From contig NC_086108.1 of assembly GCF_963921235.1 (NCBI RefSeq), positions 91,638,001 to 91,702,000 on the forward strand: a stretch of 64,000 nt of DNA, read 5' to 3'. The notes under the pieces were generated by a model that was not told the origin of the DNA, ran no database searches, and worked only from the letters and a program-made list of their open reading frames with translations. Every line of letters starts with the position of its first letter. Position 1 is the first letter of the stretch. The position numbers and the translations under genes are program-made. Of this stretch, positions 26,938 through 39,019 are shown piece after piece. The stretch comes from Mobula hypostoma (taxonomy: Eukaryota).

Positions 26938-28211
26938 ATAGCAATCTTTAGTAGGGAAGTAATAGGGGTTTGGGGCACTGACCATGGTTTGCGTGTAGTG
27001 ATAGAATATAAAATTTGAATCCAATAAACGTTTGCACAAGTGTATCCAGGAACTCTGGGTTTATTTGACCTCTGTCATTCATATCAACAGCGGCCTTCAT
27101 TGCCATTTTAGAGTGTATTTGAAAGCCCTCCTGACATCACAGAGCCCACTGCCCCCAGATTTGAACATTAGCTTTCTAAAAAAAACCACAGTCCAGATCC
27201 AGATCAAAACATACAGTGAAATGTGGCATTTGCATTAACAATCAACACATGCAAAGGATGTGCTGGGCGCAGCCTGCAAATGTCGCCACACATTCCAGCA
27301 CCAATATAGCATGCCCAAAATGTTAGAATAACACAAACAACAACAACAAAACAAATCAAGAACAGCAAAACAAGAGCCTTTCTGCCCTCTTTTCCTCTGT
27401 ACTTTCAGGGGCCCATACAAAGACAGGCTTCCAACCCCAGGAAAGGCCACCTCAGTGTCTCAAGACAATGGAACTTTGGCTTTGTTAGTGGAATCACAGA
27501 CTCACTGAAACAGATCTTCGTCCATCAGACCTCGACCTCCAGCCTCACCAATTTCAGCCTTCAGGCTTCAATTTTCAGTATCAACCCCAAAACTCACTGT
27601 TGATGGGACCCAATTGAACTCTGGACCTGCTGACTCCTTGATCCTCATGACTCCAATATAAATTCCATGGTCTGCAGTGAATGAAAAGTTTATCCCCAAT
27701 TAAAAGATGCAGGATTACTCAATCAAATGCTTGACAAAACTCAGTTTCAGGCTGTGATAATTAATGCTGGTTGGATGCTAAAATCATTAGAATGAGCATA
27801 CATCTTGAATTTGCTAAGTTGACTGTGCTGGGTCAAAGGGCAATTTGAGTGTTGATTGGCCAGTTTCCTTTCTCTGACAATATAATTTTTAAATATATAT
27901 GAATAAAAAATTGTTTGAGATTTTCTGTGGATTAGTGAACTACCCTAATTCAGTCATCACCTTTCCTAAAAACTGGCTCTTACTTGCAGGGTTTAAGGGG
28001 TTTACCTGTCAAGGGTATCTTCATGATGCTGATTGCTATTTGACTGGAGAGACCAACCAAAATGAGCAGGTCCTCCTCCCAGAGTTGTTTTGCTAAGCCT
28101 CATCCTCGGGCTTATCGGTTGCTTAAAACTATCAAGGAGACAGAAAGTCTCTGACATTCAAAAACACCCACAATGAAAAGTTTTTTTTATACACCATTAA
28201 AAGTTAACTGA

Positions 28212-31200
28212 GCCCTATATAGACAGTGTATTGAATTTTTTAGATCTACCTAAACTTACAGATTTACAAAATGAAAGTTTATTACAACCAGTAACTGTCA
28301 AAGAACTGAATGTGGCCATCTCTAGGTTAAAGGCTGGAAAGTCCCTGGGTTCTGATGGGTTTACCTCAGAGTGGTACAAGTCCCTGAAGACACAGTTAGC
28401 CCCATTACTACTTAACACCTTTAATTGGATCTTGCAGAGAGGAGAAACTCCACCTTCCTGGAGAGAAGCGATTATTTCAATTATTCCTAAAGAGGGTAAA
28501 GATAAACTAGAATATGGCAATTATCGGCCAATTAGTGTTCTTAATTTAGATTACAAACTATTTACATCTATATTAGCGCGCAGATTGGAAAAGCTTTTAC
28601 CTGGCCTAATCCATTTAGACCATACTGGATTTATTCAACAAAGACAAACACAGGACAACATAAGGAGAACTCTGCACATATTAGAACAGGTTAATAAGAA
28701 CGAGACAGAGACAATGGTAGTAGGATTGGACGCTGAGAAAGCTTTTGATTCGGTTAGTTGGGCATTCCTATACAGAGTGTTAGGAAGATTCGGCTTTCAA
28801 GAAAGGTTTATTAAAGTAATTCAGACTCTATATGACAGCCCTACAGCCCGAATTAAGATAAATGGGGACCTCTCTGACTCCTTCATTTTAGAGAGAGGCA
28901 CTAGACAGGGATGCCCAATTTCTCCTCTCCTTTTTGCGCTATATATTGAACTACTTGCCAACTAATAAGACAGAGCGAAATCGTAAAAGGTATCAAGGTG
29001 GCAGGGATTGAACAGAAAGTGGCGTTATTCGCAGATGATGTTTTGGTCTATCTGAGTGAACCAGAAAAATCATTTATAGGATTGTTTACACTGTTGGATG
29101 ACTTTGGGAAAATATCAGGTTATAAAATAAATGTAAAGAAAACGCAGGTTATGTCCCTAAATTATACACCATCCAAAAAATTGCAGGATACATACGATCT
29201 TAAGTGGGAAGCTAAATCATTAAAATATTTAGGAATAACCCTGCCGAAGGATCTTTCAACACTGTCACAGGTAAATTATGGGCCATTAATCTCAGAGATA
29301 AAAGCAGATATGCATAGATGGAATCTTATCCCCTTTTTAAGTTTAAATTCAAGGATAAATACTATAAAAATGAATATTCTTCCTCGGTTATTATATCTTT
29401 TCCGTACTTTACCAGTGGAGGTGGATGATAATCAATTCAGGGAATGGGACAAATGGATTTCCCGCTTCGTTTGGCAAGGAAGGAAACCTAGAATTCGATA
29501 TAACACCTTACAGTTAGGGAAGGAAGGAGGAGGTATGGTTCTTCCTTGCCTGAGAAATTATTTTTATGCCTCACAGATAACCCCTCTGTTATATTGGTGT
29601 AATAGGGAATATAAGGCTAGATGGAAGGAAATAGAATTTGGATTAGTTGACAGTTTTCCTCTTCAGGCCTCAATAACTGACAAAGGATTGATGGCCCAGT
29701 TGGAAAAATTTAATAATGCTTGGATAAATCTTACATTAAAAGTATGGCAGAAGGTGGTTAATTCATGTGGAATTAATAACATGTTAAAACTCTTTAGATG
29801 GTGTGCATATGATACCGAATTCCTTCCCAACAGAGGAGATAAAAGATTTGAGCTATGGATAAAGAAAGGTCTTACAACCTACCTCTCATTTATAGATAAA
29901 AGAGTATTACAAAGTTTCCAAATCCTGCAGGACAAACATGGCCTAGAACATAATGACTTTTTTAGGTACCTTCAAATTCTATGTTAACCAGAGTTGTAGA
30001 TATACAGACCTATCAACAGTAGAATTAGAATTTTTCAAGATTCTGAATTCGGCTTGCAGTTCAATACCTAGTAAATCAGTTTCTCGCTTATATAATGCAC
30101 TCTCCCATGCTAAAAATGTAAATACACTGTATATTAAAGAGAAGTGGGAGAAAGAAGCGGGGTTGGTACTTTCAGAGGAGGCTTGGGGGGAAATCTGCAG
30201 CTTTCAATGGTCCTCGACTAATTCTTTGACTTGGAGAGAACATTGTTGGAAAAACATTATAAGATACTTCAAGACCCCATATCAGGAAAAATATAAAGAT
30301 ACAAATGTGATGTGTTGGAGAAGGTGCGGCTCCAAGGAGGCAAATCATTTTCATATTTTCTGGGATTGCCCTAAATTAAGTCTATTTTGGGAAGGTATTC
30401 ATAGAACATTAGTTAAGGTACTTAGGTCCCAGATACCTCTGAACTTTGAGACGCTCTATTTGGGGCATGTATTGTTCCTTGAACAGAAGGAAGATGTAAA
30501 GTTGCTGCAGGCCCTCTTAGCGGCAAGTAAGAAATCAATCACTAGAAAATGGCTAAATCCAATACCACCTACATTAGAAGATTGGTACGAAATTATCTTG
30601 GAAATATTTAAAATGGAAAAGTTGACTTACTCCCTGAGAACTCAAAAAGAAACATTTTATCAAATCTGGAATAAATGGATTGAATATATAACCCCAATGC
30701 GAGCAGACTTTAGATGACTCTCCTAATGATTTATATTGCTCTTCTCATCAACACAGTAATATTGCTAACGTAAGCACCCCTAGTCTAAATGTTTGGTTTT
30801 TTTTTGGAAAATAGAGAATTAACACAAGTAAAGGGAAAGATTTGGGAAAGGGATAAAAAAAATGAAAAAATTAAGTAAATAAGTACATAGGGATTGGATA
30901 ATTATGTCTGCGGGCAGGAACAAGCACGAACAAATTGGGATATAAACACCTACAATGGTTGGTATATAGGCTTGTATGCAACATTTTGGACCAGTGGAGA
31001 TGGTCCAGAAGGGCTGTATGGAAACTATTATTACCATTTTTCTTAACAACTAATTTCATTACTTAGCCTAATAGGTTAGATTTACCACAGTACATAATTA
31101 TCTATTTAAATGTTTATTTTCCTTTTATATCATCTCAATGTGTACTTAAGAATGTATAAATAATTGTAGTTTTATACATATAAAAAAATGGAAAAGGTTA

Positions 31201-31262
31201 TATGTGTGAAAAAAGTACATGATAATTGTGAATTCCTTATCCAAATAAAAATAAAATTTAAA
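28212..31262 (+). mobile_element. 5'-truncated L1-clade LINE
   Basis: TSD AAAAGTTAACTGA at 28199-28211 and 31263-31275, at a TT/AAAA site. AATAAA and A-rich tail. Confidence 0.93.
28231..30717 (+). pseudogene. L1 ORF2 (RT and Cys-rich C-terminus) with two frameshifts
   Basis: NYRPISVLNLDYK, LDAEKAFD, GTRQGCPISPLLF, LFADD, CWRRCGSKEANHFHIFWDC across ORFs 28231..28965, 28998..29987 and 29953..30717. Confidence 0.93.
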
Positions 31263-33039
31263 AAAAGTTAACTGAAAGAATTAATCCATTTAAACATGGA
31301 AAACAATTAAATATATTTAATCAATTCAATTAAACAAAAACTAGCACTATATAATATTGACAAAATAGAGATATACTATCTGACTATTTACATATACCAA
31401 TAGTTCAACATCTTTTTCTTCAAGAGACATTTGTAGAATTAATGTAAATAGATAGCTAATGGTCAGTGTGGATTTAGTTGACTGAAGGGCCTGCTTCTGT
31501 CTTGTATCTCTCTATAACTATGAAAGTACAACCGAACTATGTACATCAGGGGCTGAATGGGCATCCAATTCAATTATGTAACCTCAGGCTTGGATTGTGT
31601 TAAAAGGCTGTGATTAAGCTGTCTGGTTAAGTTTAATACTTTACCCGAACAATTCACTGCTCCGAGCCTCATTCAGTCCAATACAATCCTGGAACCTTCA
31701 CTTGCTTAACTGGTAAGAGAATGCTTCCTCTGATACCATGACGGTTCTTAAAATGAGAATATTGCTTCATTGAATATTGATTCATGAGGAAGAATATCAT
31801 GAGAATGGATTTCTTCAGCCAGATGAGGGTGAATTACGTTCATTAGGTATCTCATTAGCAATAGATATTAATACAAGATAATCTTAATCTTTTAAATATT
31901 AAAAATAATTCCTCATTGTGATATTACTAAAGGAACCCAAATTAAGATTTGTGTTATAATATGCAACAGAAGGTGTCTGATGTGTGTTACTATTGCTTAA
32001 AGTACCAAGACAACATAATAAAGCTTTGTTGAAAAGCATGTTGCCGGCAAGTTTGGCACGGCAAGCTTAAATTTCACACTGGCTTCAATCAGTGAATGCT
32101 AACAAGGTACGGCTGGCTCAAATGCATCATGCTGATGGCTGGCAGGTACGTAATAGTGCGCTCCAGGTATTGCCATAGCAGCAAGCTGCCACTCACCATC
32201 TTCTCATTGCTTTTCCTGGCTGATGCCTGGTACATTCTGTTGCAGCTCAGCGTGAAATGCTGTTGGATGAATTCTTAAAAAGCTAATTGTCATCAGCCAG
32301 CACTTGGCATGCGGACAGAACCTCAGAAATGCTTACTACATAGAAACCAGACAATTGGCAGCGACGGACGTGTAATTTTCTGACTGGTGTTCAGGTGCAC
32401 TCTTCAGCCTGTTTGTACCAGACCCTTTTTTCCTTCTAAAATTAAACAGGAAGGCAGATGCAGGCACAAGCCATAAACTTCTAAAAATTTTGCAAGCTTC
32501 AAACATCAAAATAACAAGTACTTTTATTGAAAAAATATCATTTGAACTTCTACTGAACAGCAATGGGCACCAGATTACAGGCAGCAAATAGAATTTTATG
32601 CTCTGTAATGATGCAGTGCATTTATTTTTAGGGGCACAGGAAATCTAAAATAAAATGGAATCAAAACTCATCCAAATTAGGTCACATCTAACCATTCTGA
32701 AGTAATCTAATTAAAATGATTTCAGATGCACAGGGGCTGATTTGTTAAATCAGTTCAAAGTAGCTAAGAATTTGCTGGAATACTGTATATTGTGCTAATT
32801 AATCCAAAATTTCTGGGTCAGTTTTATATAATTATTCGCAATTCTAGTGCAAGGTCTGGATTGGTAAAGATAGCATACTAGGAGCGAGATTTCTGCCTTT
32901 CTCTGTCAGGGTCATAATCTGGTTCATTGGATTAACCACATTGTACACTCCAGTAATTCTCGTCAAATCTGGATAGAACAAAAAAAGTTTCTTAAATGTC
33001 CCTCATGTACATACGTGTATCTATTTCACCCCTGACAGA

Positions 33040-34078
33040 TCACTACATGCACACACCACTCTTACAAACTTACCTCGGACACCCCCCTCTATACTCTCCT
33101 CCAATCACTTTAAAATTATGCCCCCTCGTACCAACCATTTCAGGCTTGGGGAAAAAAAAAGTCTCTGGCTATCCACTTGATCTATACCCATTATCATCTT
33201 GTGCACCTCTATCAAGACAGCTCTCATTGTCTTTCTCTCTAAAGAGAAAGACTGTAGCTTACTTAACCTCACCTCATAAGATATGTCCTCTAATGCAAGC
33301 AGCATCCTGGTAAATCTCCTCTGTACCCTCTCTAAAACTTCATGGCTCTTGAACGTAATCCCTTGACTATTAAGGCTAACACACCAAATGCCTTTGTAAC
33401 AACCTTATCAACTTGCTTGGCAACTTTGAGACATCTAATAATATGGGGCTCAAGATTACTCTGTTGCTCCATGTTGCCAAGAATCCTGCCATTAACCCTA
33501 TATCCGCCTTCAAATTTGATCTTCTAGAGTGAATCACTTCCCACTTTTCCCGGTTGAACTCCATCTGCCACTTCTCAGCCCATTTCAGCATCTTGTTAAT
33601 CTCTTGTTGTAATCAACGACAACCTTCCACACTATCCACACCCCCACCAACGTCTGAATACTTACTAATCCATCCTTCCATTTCCTCATCCAAGTTATTT
33701 GTAAAAATCACAAACAGCAGGGTGTCAGAACAGATTCTCATGGAAGACCACTGGTCACTGAACTCCATGCAGAAAATGCTCCATCTACAACTATCCTCAG
33801 CCTTCTATGGGCAAGCCAACTCAGTATTGATACTGGCAAGCTTCTCTGGATCCTATCTCCCTTGACTTTCTGAATGAGCCTCCCATGGGGGACCATATCA
33901 AAAGCCTTACTAAAATCTTGATGCACCACATCCACTGCTCTACCTTCATTAACATGCTTTGACACATCCTCAAAGAATTCAATCAGGCACAAAGGCATGA
34001 CCTGCCCCTCACAAAACCATTTTGACATCGCTAATTGGAACTTGCTTTTCCAGATGCTCATAAATCCTGCCTCTAAGA
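33040..34078 (-). mobile_element. CR1 RT/3' fragment
   Basis: ORFs 33738..34061 (AVDVVHQDFSKAFD), 33376..33591 ([10 protein letters not shown]) and 33105..33305. Confidence 0.8.
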
Positions 34079-34081
34079 ATC

Positions 34082-35810
34082 GGAATCAGAATCAGGTTTA
34101 TTATCACCGGCATGTGACGTGAGATTTGTTAACTTAGCAGCAGCAGTTCACTACAATACGTAATATAGAAGAAAAAAACACAAAATAGAATAATAATAAA
34201 AAGTAAATCAATCAATTACAGTATACAAATACTGAAAAGATTAAAAAATTGTGCAAAAACAGAAATATTATATATTAAAAAAAGTGAGGTAGCATTCAAG
34301 GATTCAATGTCCATTTAGGAATCGGATGGCAGAGGGGAAGAAGCTGTTCCTGAATCACTGAGTGTGTGCCTTCAGGCTTCTGTACCTCCTACCTGATGGT
34401 AACAGTGAAAAAAGGGCATGCCTTAGGTGCTGGAGGTCCTTAATAATGGATGCTGCCTTTCTGAGACGCCACTCCTTGAAGACGTCCTGGGTATTTTGTA
34501 GGCTAGTACCCAAGATGGAGCTGACTAAATTTACAACCCTCTGCAGCTTCTTTCAGTCCTGTGCAGTAGCCCTCCTCTACCAGACAGTGATGCAACCTGT
34601 CAGAATGCTCTCCACGGTACATCTATAGAAATTTTTGAGTGTATCTGTCGACATACCAAATCTCTTCAAACTCCTAATGAAGTATAGTCACTGTCTTGCC
34701 TTCTTTACAACTGCATCATTATGTTGGGATCAGGTTAGATCCTCAGAGATCTTGAAACCTAGGAACATGAAACTGCTCACTGTCTCCACTTCTGATCCCT
34801 CTATGAGGGTTGGTATGAGTTCCTTCGTCTTACCCTTCCGGAAGTCCATAATCAGCTCTTTTGTCTTACTGACGTCAAGTGCCAGGTTGTTGCTGTGGCA
34901 CAACTCCACTAGATGGCATATCTCACTCCTGTACGGCCTCTCGTCAGGAAGTCGGGGATCCAATTGCACAGGGAGGTACAGAGGCCCAGGTTCTGCATTT
35001 CTCAATCAGGATTGTGGGAATGATGGTTTTAAATGCTGAGCTGTAGTCGATGAACAGCATCCTGACATAGGTGTTTGTGTTTTCTAGGTGGTCTAAAGCC
35101 ATGTGGAGAGCCATTGAGATTGCATCTGCCGTTGACCTGTTGTGGTGATAGGCAAATTGCAATGGGTCCAGGTCCTTGCTGAGGCAGGAGTTCAGTCTAG
35201 TCATGACCAACCTCTCAAAGCAGTTCATCACTGTTGATGTGAGTGCTACCGGGTGATAGTCATTAAGGCAGCTCACATTATTCTTCTTAAGCACTGGTAT
35301 AATTGTTGTCTTTTTGAAGCAAGTGGGAACTTCTGCCCGTAGCAGTGAGAGGTTGAAAATGTGTTTGAATACTCCTGCCAGTTGGTTGGCACAGGTTTTC
35401 AGAGCATTACCAGGTACTCCTTCGGGACCTTCCACATTGCGAGGGTTCACTCTGTTTGAAGACAACCTAACATCAGCCTCTGAGACAGAGATCACAGGGT
35501 CTTCAGGTGCAGTAGGGATTTTCACAGCTGTAGTTGTATTCTCCCTTTCAAAGCATGCATAGGAGGTATTGAGTTCATCTGGCAGTGAAGCATCGCTGCT
35601 ATTCATGCTATTGGATTTCACTTTGTAGGAAGTAATGAATTGCAAACCCTGCCAGAGTTGCCGTGCGTCTGATGTTACCTCCAAGCTCATTCGAAATTGT
35701 CTCTTTGCCCTTGAAATAGCCCTTTGCAATTCATACCTGGTTTTCTGGTACAGGCCTGGGTCACCAGACTTGAATGCCACAGATCCAGCCTTCAGCAGAC
35801 GATATACCTT
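34082..35810 (-). mobile_element. Rex1/Babar LINE, 5'-truncated with internal deletion
   Basis: ORF 34944..35816: LNDYHPVALTSTVMNCFERL, DPLQFAY, MLFIDYSSAF. (ATTCTG)n tail at about 34080. Confidence 0.88.
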
Positions 35811-36389
35811 CTCCAATAGTTCTTCTCCAAATCTCCTTCAAATAATTTTTTCACCACTGAAGTATTAGGATTTCTCAGAAAAGTTCGAAGACCACTACAT
35901 AAAGAAGGCAAAGTTATAGGACATCATGGGATTAGCACAATGTGCAGCTGTTAGAGCTGGCTCCTCACAGCATCAGCAATCTGGGTTCAATCCTGATCTC
36001 AGGCACTGCTTGTGTGGAGTAAGCATGTACCAGGTGTGACTATGTAATTTTCCTCCACATGTCCTGGTTTCCTTCCACTTGCCAAAAACATGCAGGTTAG
36101 TTGGCTACTTGGCCACTGTTACTTGTCCACAGTGTAAGGGTGACTAGTAGAAAACAGGGTGAGTGAATAGAAATATGGGGAGAATGATTAGTGGAACTGC
36201 ATGCTCGATGGTTGGCACAGACTCAATGGGCTGAAGGGCCTGTTTCATTCCCTATGATCCTTTAAGAAAAAAAAAGAAGAAACCGCAATGTTAATGGATA
36301 AGAGTACAGGTAAGTGGTGTTGTTCATTACCCAGTGGTTCCTTAAGGTTGGCACAGCTGTTGGGGAGTGGGGGCAGTTGGGGAGGGGTG

Positions 36390-36915
36390 TTAATAAACTC
36401 CCACTACTGAGGGCATACTTCTCAAGTAACCTCTGAAAACCGAGCTGGCTTTCACGTGTGGCTTAGCTACTAAGCCCAACGGAATTGTTTCTACTGACAG
36501 GAGAAGGGGAAAAGGCAGGTTCCTGATGCCCTAAAACCAGTCGCTTGGGGCAGATGGGATTGGCAGCTCATCTAGGAGAAGGAAAACTATAAACTCAAAC
36601 CTCTGCTGCCTTGCGGTTATACCCACCCATGAGGAAGGCTTCAGGTGTAAACTCCAAAGAAATATCTGGACCTTGAGTTCCCAAGGCTGTCCTATGTTGA
36701 GTTCAGTGCTGACTGGCAACTCCTTTGATGCTGCGGGTACCAAATTGTGTTGGTTTCTGCTGTTTCTTTGGATTCATCAGCTGCTTGGAGAGGGGGAGTC
36801 TGCTAAATGGGCAACAGCTTGCTCTCCATATCTTACTGCTCTGGCTTGCATATCATGTAGTCAGCTAGGAGGCAATATCTATGTTCGACCCCAACCAGCA
36901 AAGGGCCTCAATACC
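36390..36915 (+). mobile_element. Non-autonomous RTE-related element, body shared with 53859-54236
   Basis: 36545-36830 aligns by eye with 53860-54150 (e.g. caaacctctgctgccttgcggttatacccac vs caaacctccgctgccttgtggccatacccac). Confidence 0.65.
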
Positions 36916-37050
36916 CAACCCACCAGTTGACAACTGATAGAATGGAGCTGGTGGGCCTCAACAGTAAAGGTATTCTCTGCATTGCACACCCTCCAGAAGC
37001 TGACATTGCAACACTTCTAGAAGGTGGAAGGTGACTTGAATCCAAAAGAA

Positions 37051-37136
37051 ACAATAAAAAAATCTGCAGATGTTGAAAATCCAAGCAACACACACAAAAT
37101 GCAGGAAATCTAAGCTTTAGCATTTTGTGTGTTTTG
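37051..37136 (-). mobile_element. PLE pLTR mini-insertion with fold-back arm
   Basis: Direct repeat CTTGAATCCAAAAGAA at 37035-37050 and 37137-37152. Inverted arms 37082-37102 and 37120-37140. Confidence 0.7.
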
Positions 37137-38493
37137 CTTGAATCCAAAAGAACTTCCTTTTGCCTTGCCTGTGCTGGACTATATGGTGGCAGATGTCATA
37201 GACACATAGACAGCTATCAGCTATCTGTGTTTTCCAATTCCATTCTCCTGCTCTTGACCCATGTCTTTCCATGCCTTCACATTTCAAGAACTTTTAGAAC
37301 ATAGACGAGAGCAGCACAGGTACAGGTCCTTTCACCAATGACATTTGTGCTGAGCACAGTGCCAACTTAAATTTAATTTCTCCCACCTGTACATGATCCA
37401 TATCCCTCCATTTTCTGTATATTTTTGTATCTATCTAACAGACTGTTAAATTTCCAACACTACACCTGGCAACAGGTTCCAGCTACCTACCACTCTCTGT
37501 GCAAAAGCCTTGCTCTACAAATCTCGTTTAAACTTTCCTCTCTCACCTTAAGTGCATGCCCTCTAGTATTTAACATTTCCACAGAAGCAAAATCATTCTG
37601 ATTAATCAACCCTATTTACGACATACCTCTCACGATTTTGTAAACTTCTATCAGTTATTCCCTCAGCTACTGACTCTCCAGAGAAAAATAAACAATTTTG
37701 TCAAAGCTCTCCTTATAGCTCATACCTTCGAATCTGAGCAGCATTGTGGTAAACCTCTTCTGTACCCTCTCCAAAGTCTCTGTACCTTTCTTGTAATGGG
37801 TGACTAAAACTGCACAGAATACTCCAAGTGTGGGCTAACCAACATTTTCTATCGTTACTTATTGAAAGTCGCGAGGATCCCTGCCTCCAGCACCCCTTCA
37901 GAAACTGTTTTCTCAATTTTAATCCCCCTTTGGAGAAAAATAAATTCTTATCCTCTCCTACCCCTTACTTTATACCTATACTATTTGTCTTATATTTACA
38001 TCTCCTAAGGGAAACATTTTCATATTGCTTTGAAAACAGTGCCTCTCATAACTTTTTTCTAAAACCACAAACTTGTTCCCTCCCCACACCCTCACCCCGA
38101 ACACTCCTCTGCCCACACCTTCCCCAGCATTCTTTGGTCGACGGAAAACAAGCCATGCTTAGCCACTCTCTCCTCTACATTGAGATGCTCCATTCCAGGT
38201 AACATTCTGATGACTCTCCCATGAATTCATACCCTTCCTATAGTGAAACATTCAAACCAGCATGCACTACTCCAGCTGTAGCCCAACAAATGATTTTACA
38301 ATAATCTCCCTGATCTTACTTTCTATGTTGCAGCAAATGAAAACAGGTATCTTGTATGCTTTCTTAACCACCTCATATATTGCCTTAAGGACTCCATGGC
38401 CTTGTACACCAAGATCCCTCGTCTCCTCAGTACTTTCAGGAGTCCTATCAAAGATCTTAGCTTTATTAGTTTTCTCAGAATGGGCAGCATTTA

Positions 38494-39019
38494 CACTCAA
38501 TGTCCATTTTATTCAGCACATCCTGTACCTAATAAAATGGCCACTGAGTGTACGTTTGTGCTCTTCTGCTACTGTAGCCCATCCACTTCAAGGTTTGAGC
38601 TGTTATGTATTCAGAGATGCTCTTCTGCACACCACTGGTGTAACATGTGGTTATTTGAGTTACTGTCGCCTTCCTGTCAGTCTGGCCATTCTCCTCTGAT
38701 CACTCTCATTAAACAAGGCACTTTCGCCCACAGAACTGGATGTTTTTTTGTTTTTCACACCATTCTCCTTAAACTCTAGAGGCTGTTGAGTGTGAAATTC
38801 CCAGGAGGTCAGCAGTTTCTGAGATACTCAAACCATCCCATCTGGCACCAACAATCATTCCATGGTCAAAGCCACATTTCTTCCCTACTCTGATGTTTGG
38901 TCTGAACCTCTTGACCATGTCTGTATGCTTTTATGAATTGTATTCCTACACATGATTGACTGATTAGAAATTTACATTAATAAGCAGGCATATAGGTGTA
39001 CTCAATAAAGTGGCTACTA
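38494..39019 (-). mobile_element. Tc1-like non-autonomous DNA transposon (related copies about 46150-46650 + and 50520-50867 -)
   Basis: TIR-like aataaagtggccactgagtgTA. The 50.6-kb copy encodes a Tc1 HTH remnant GKKCDLSDFDCGMIIGA...SISETAELLGF (ORF 50582..50827). Confidence 0.75.
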
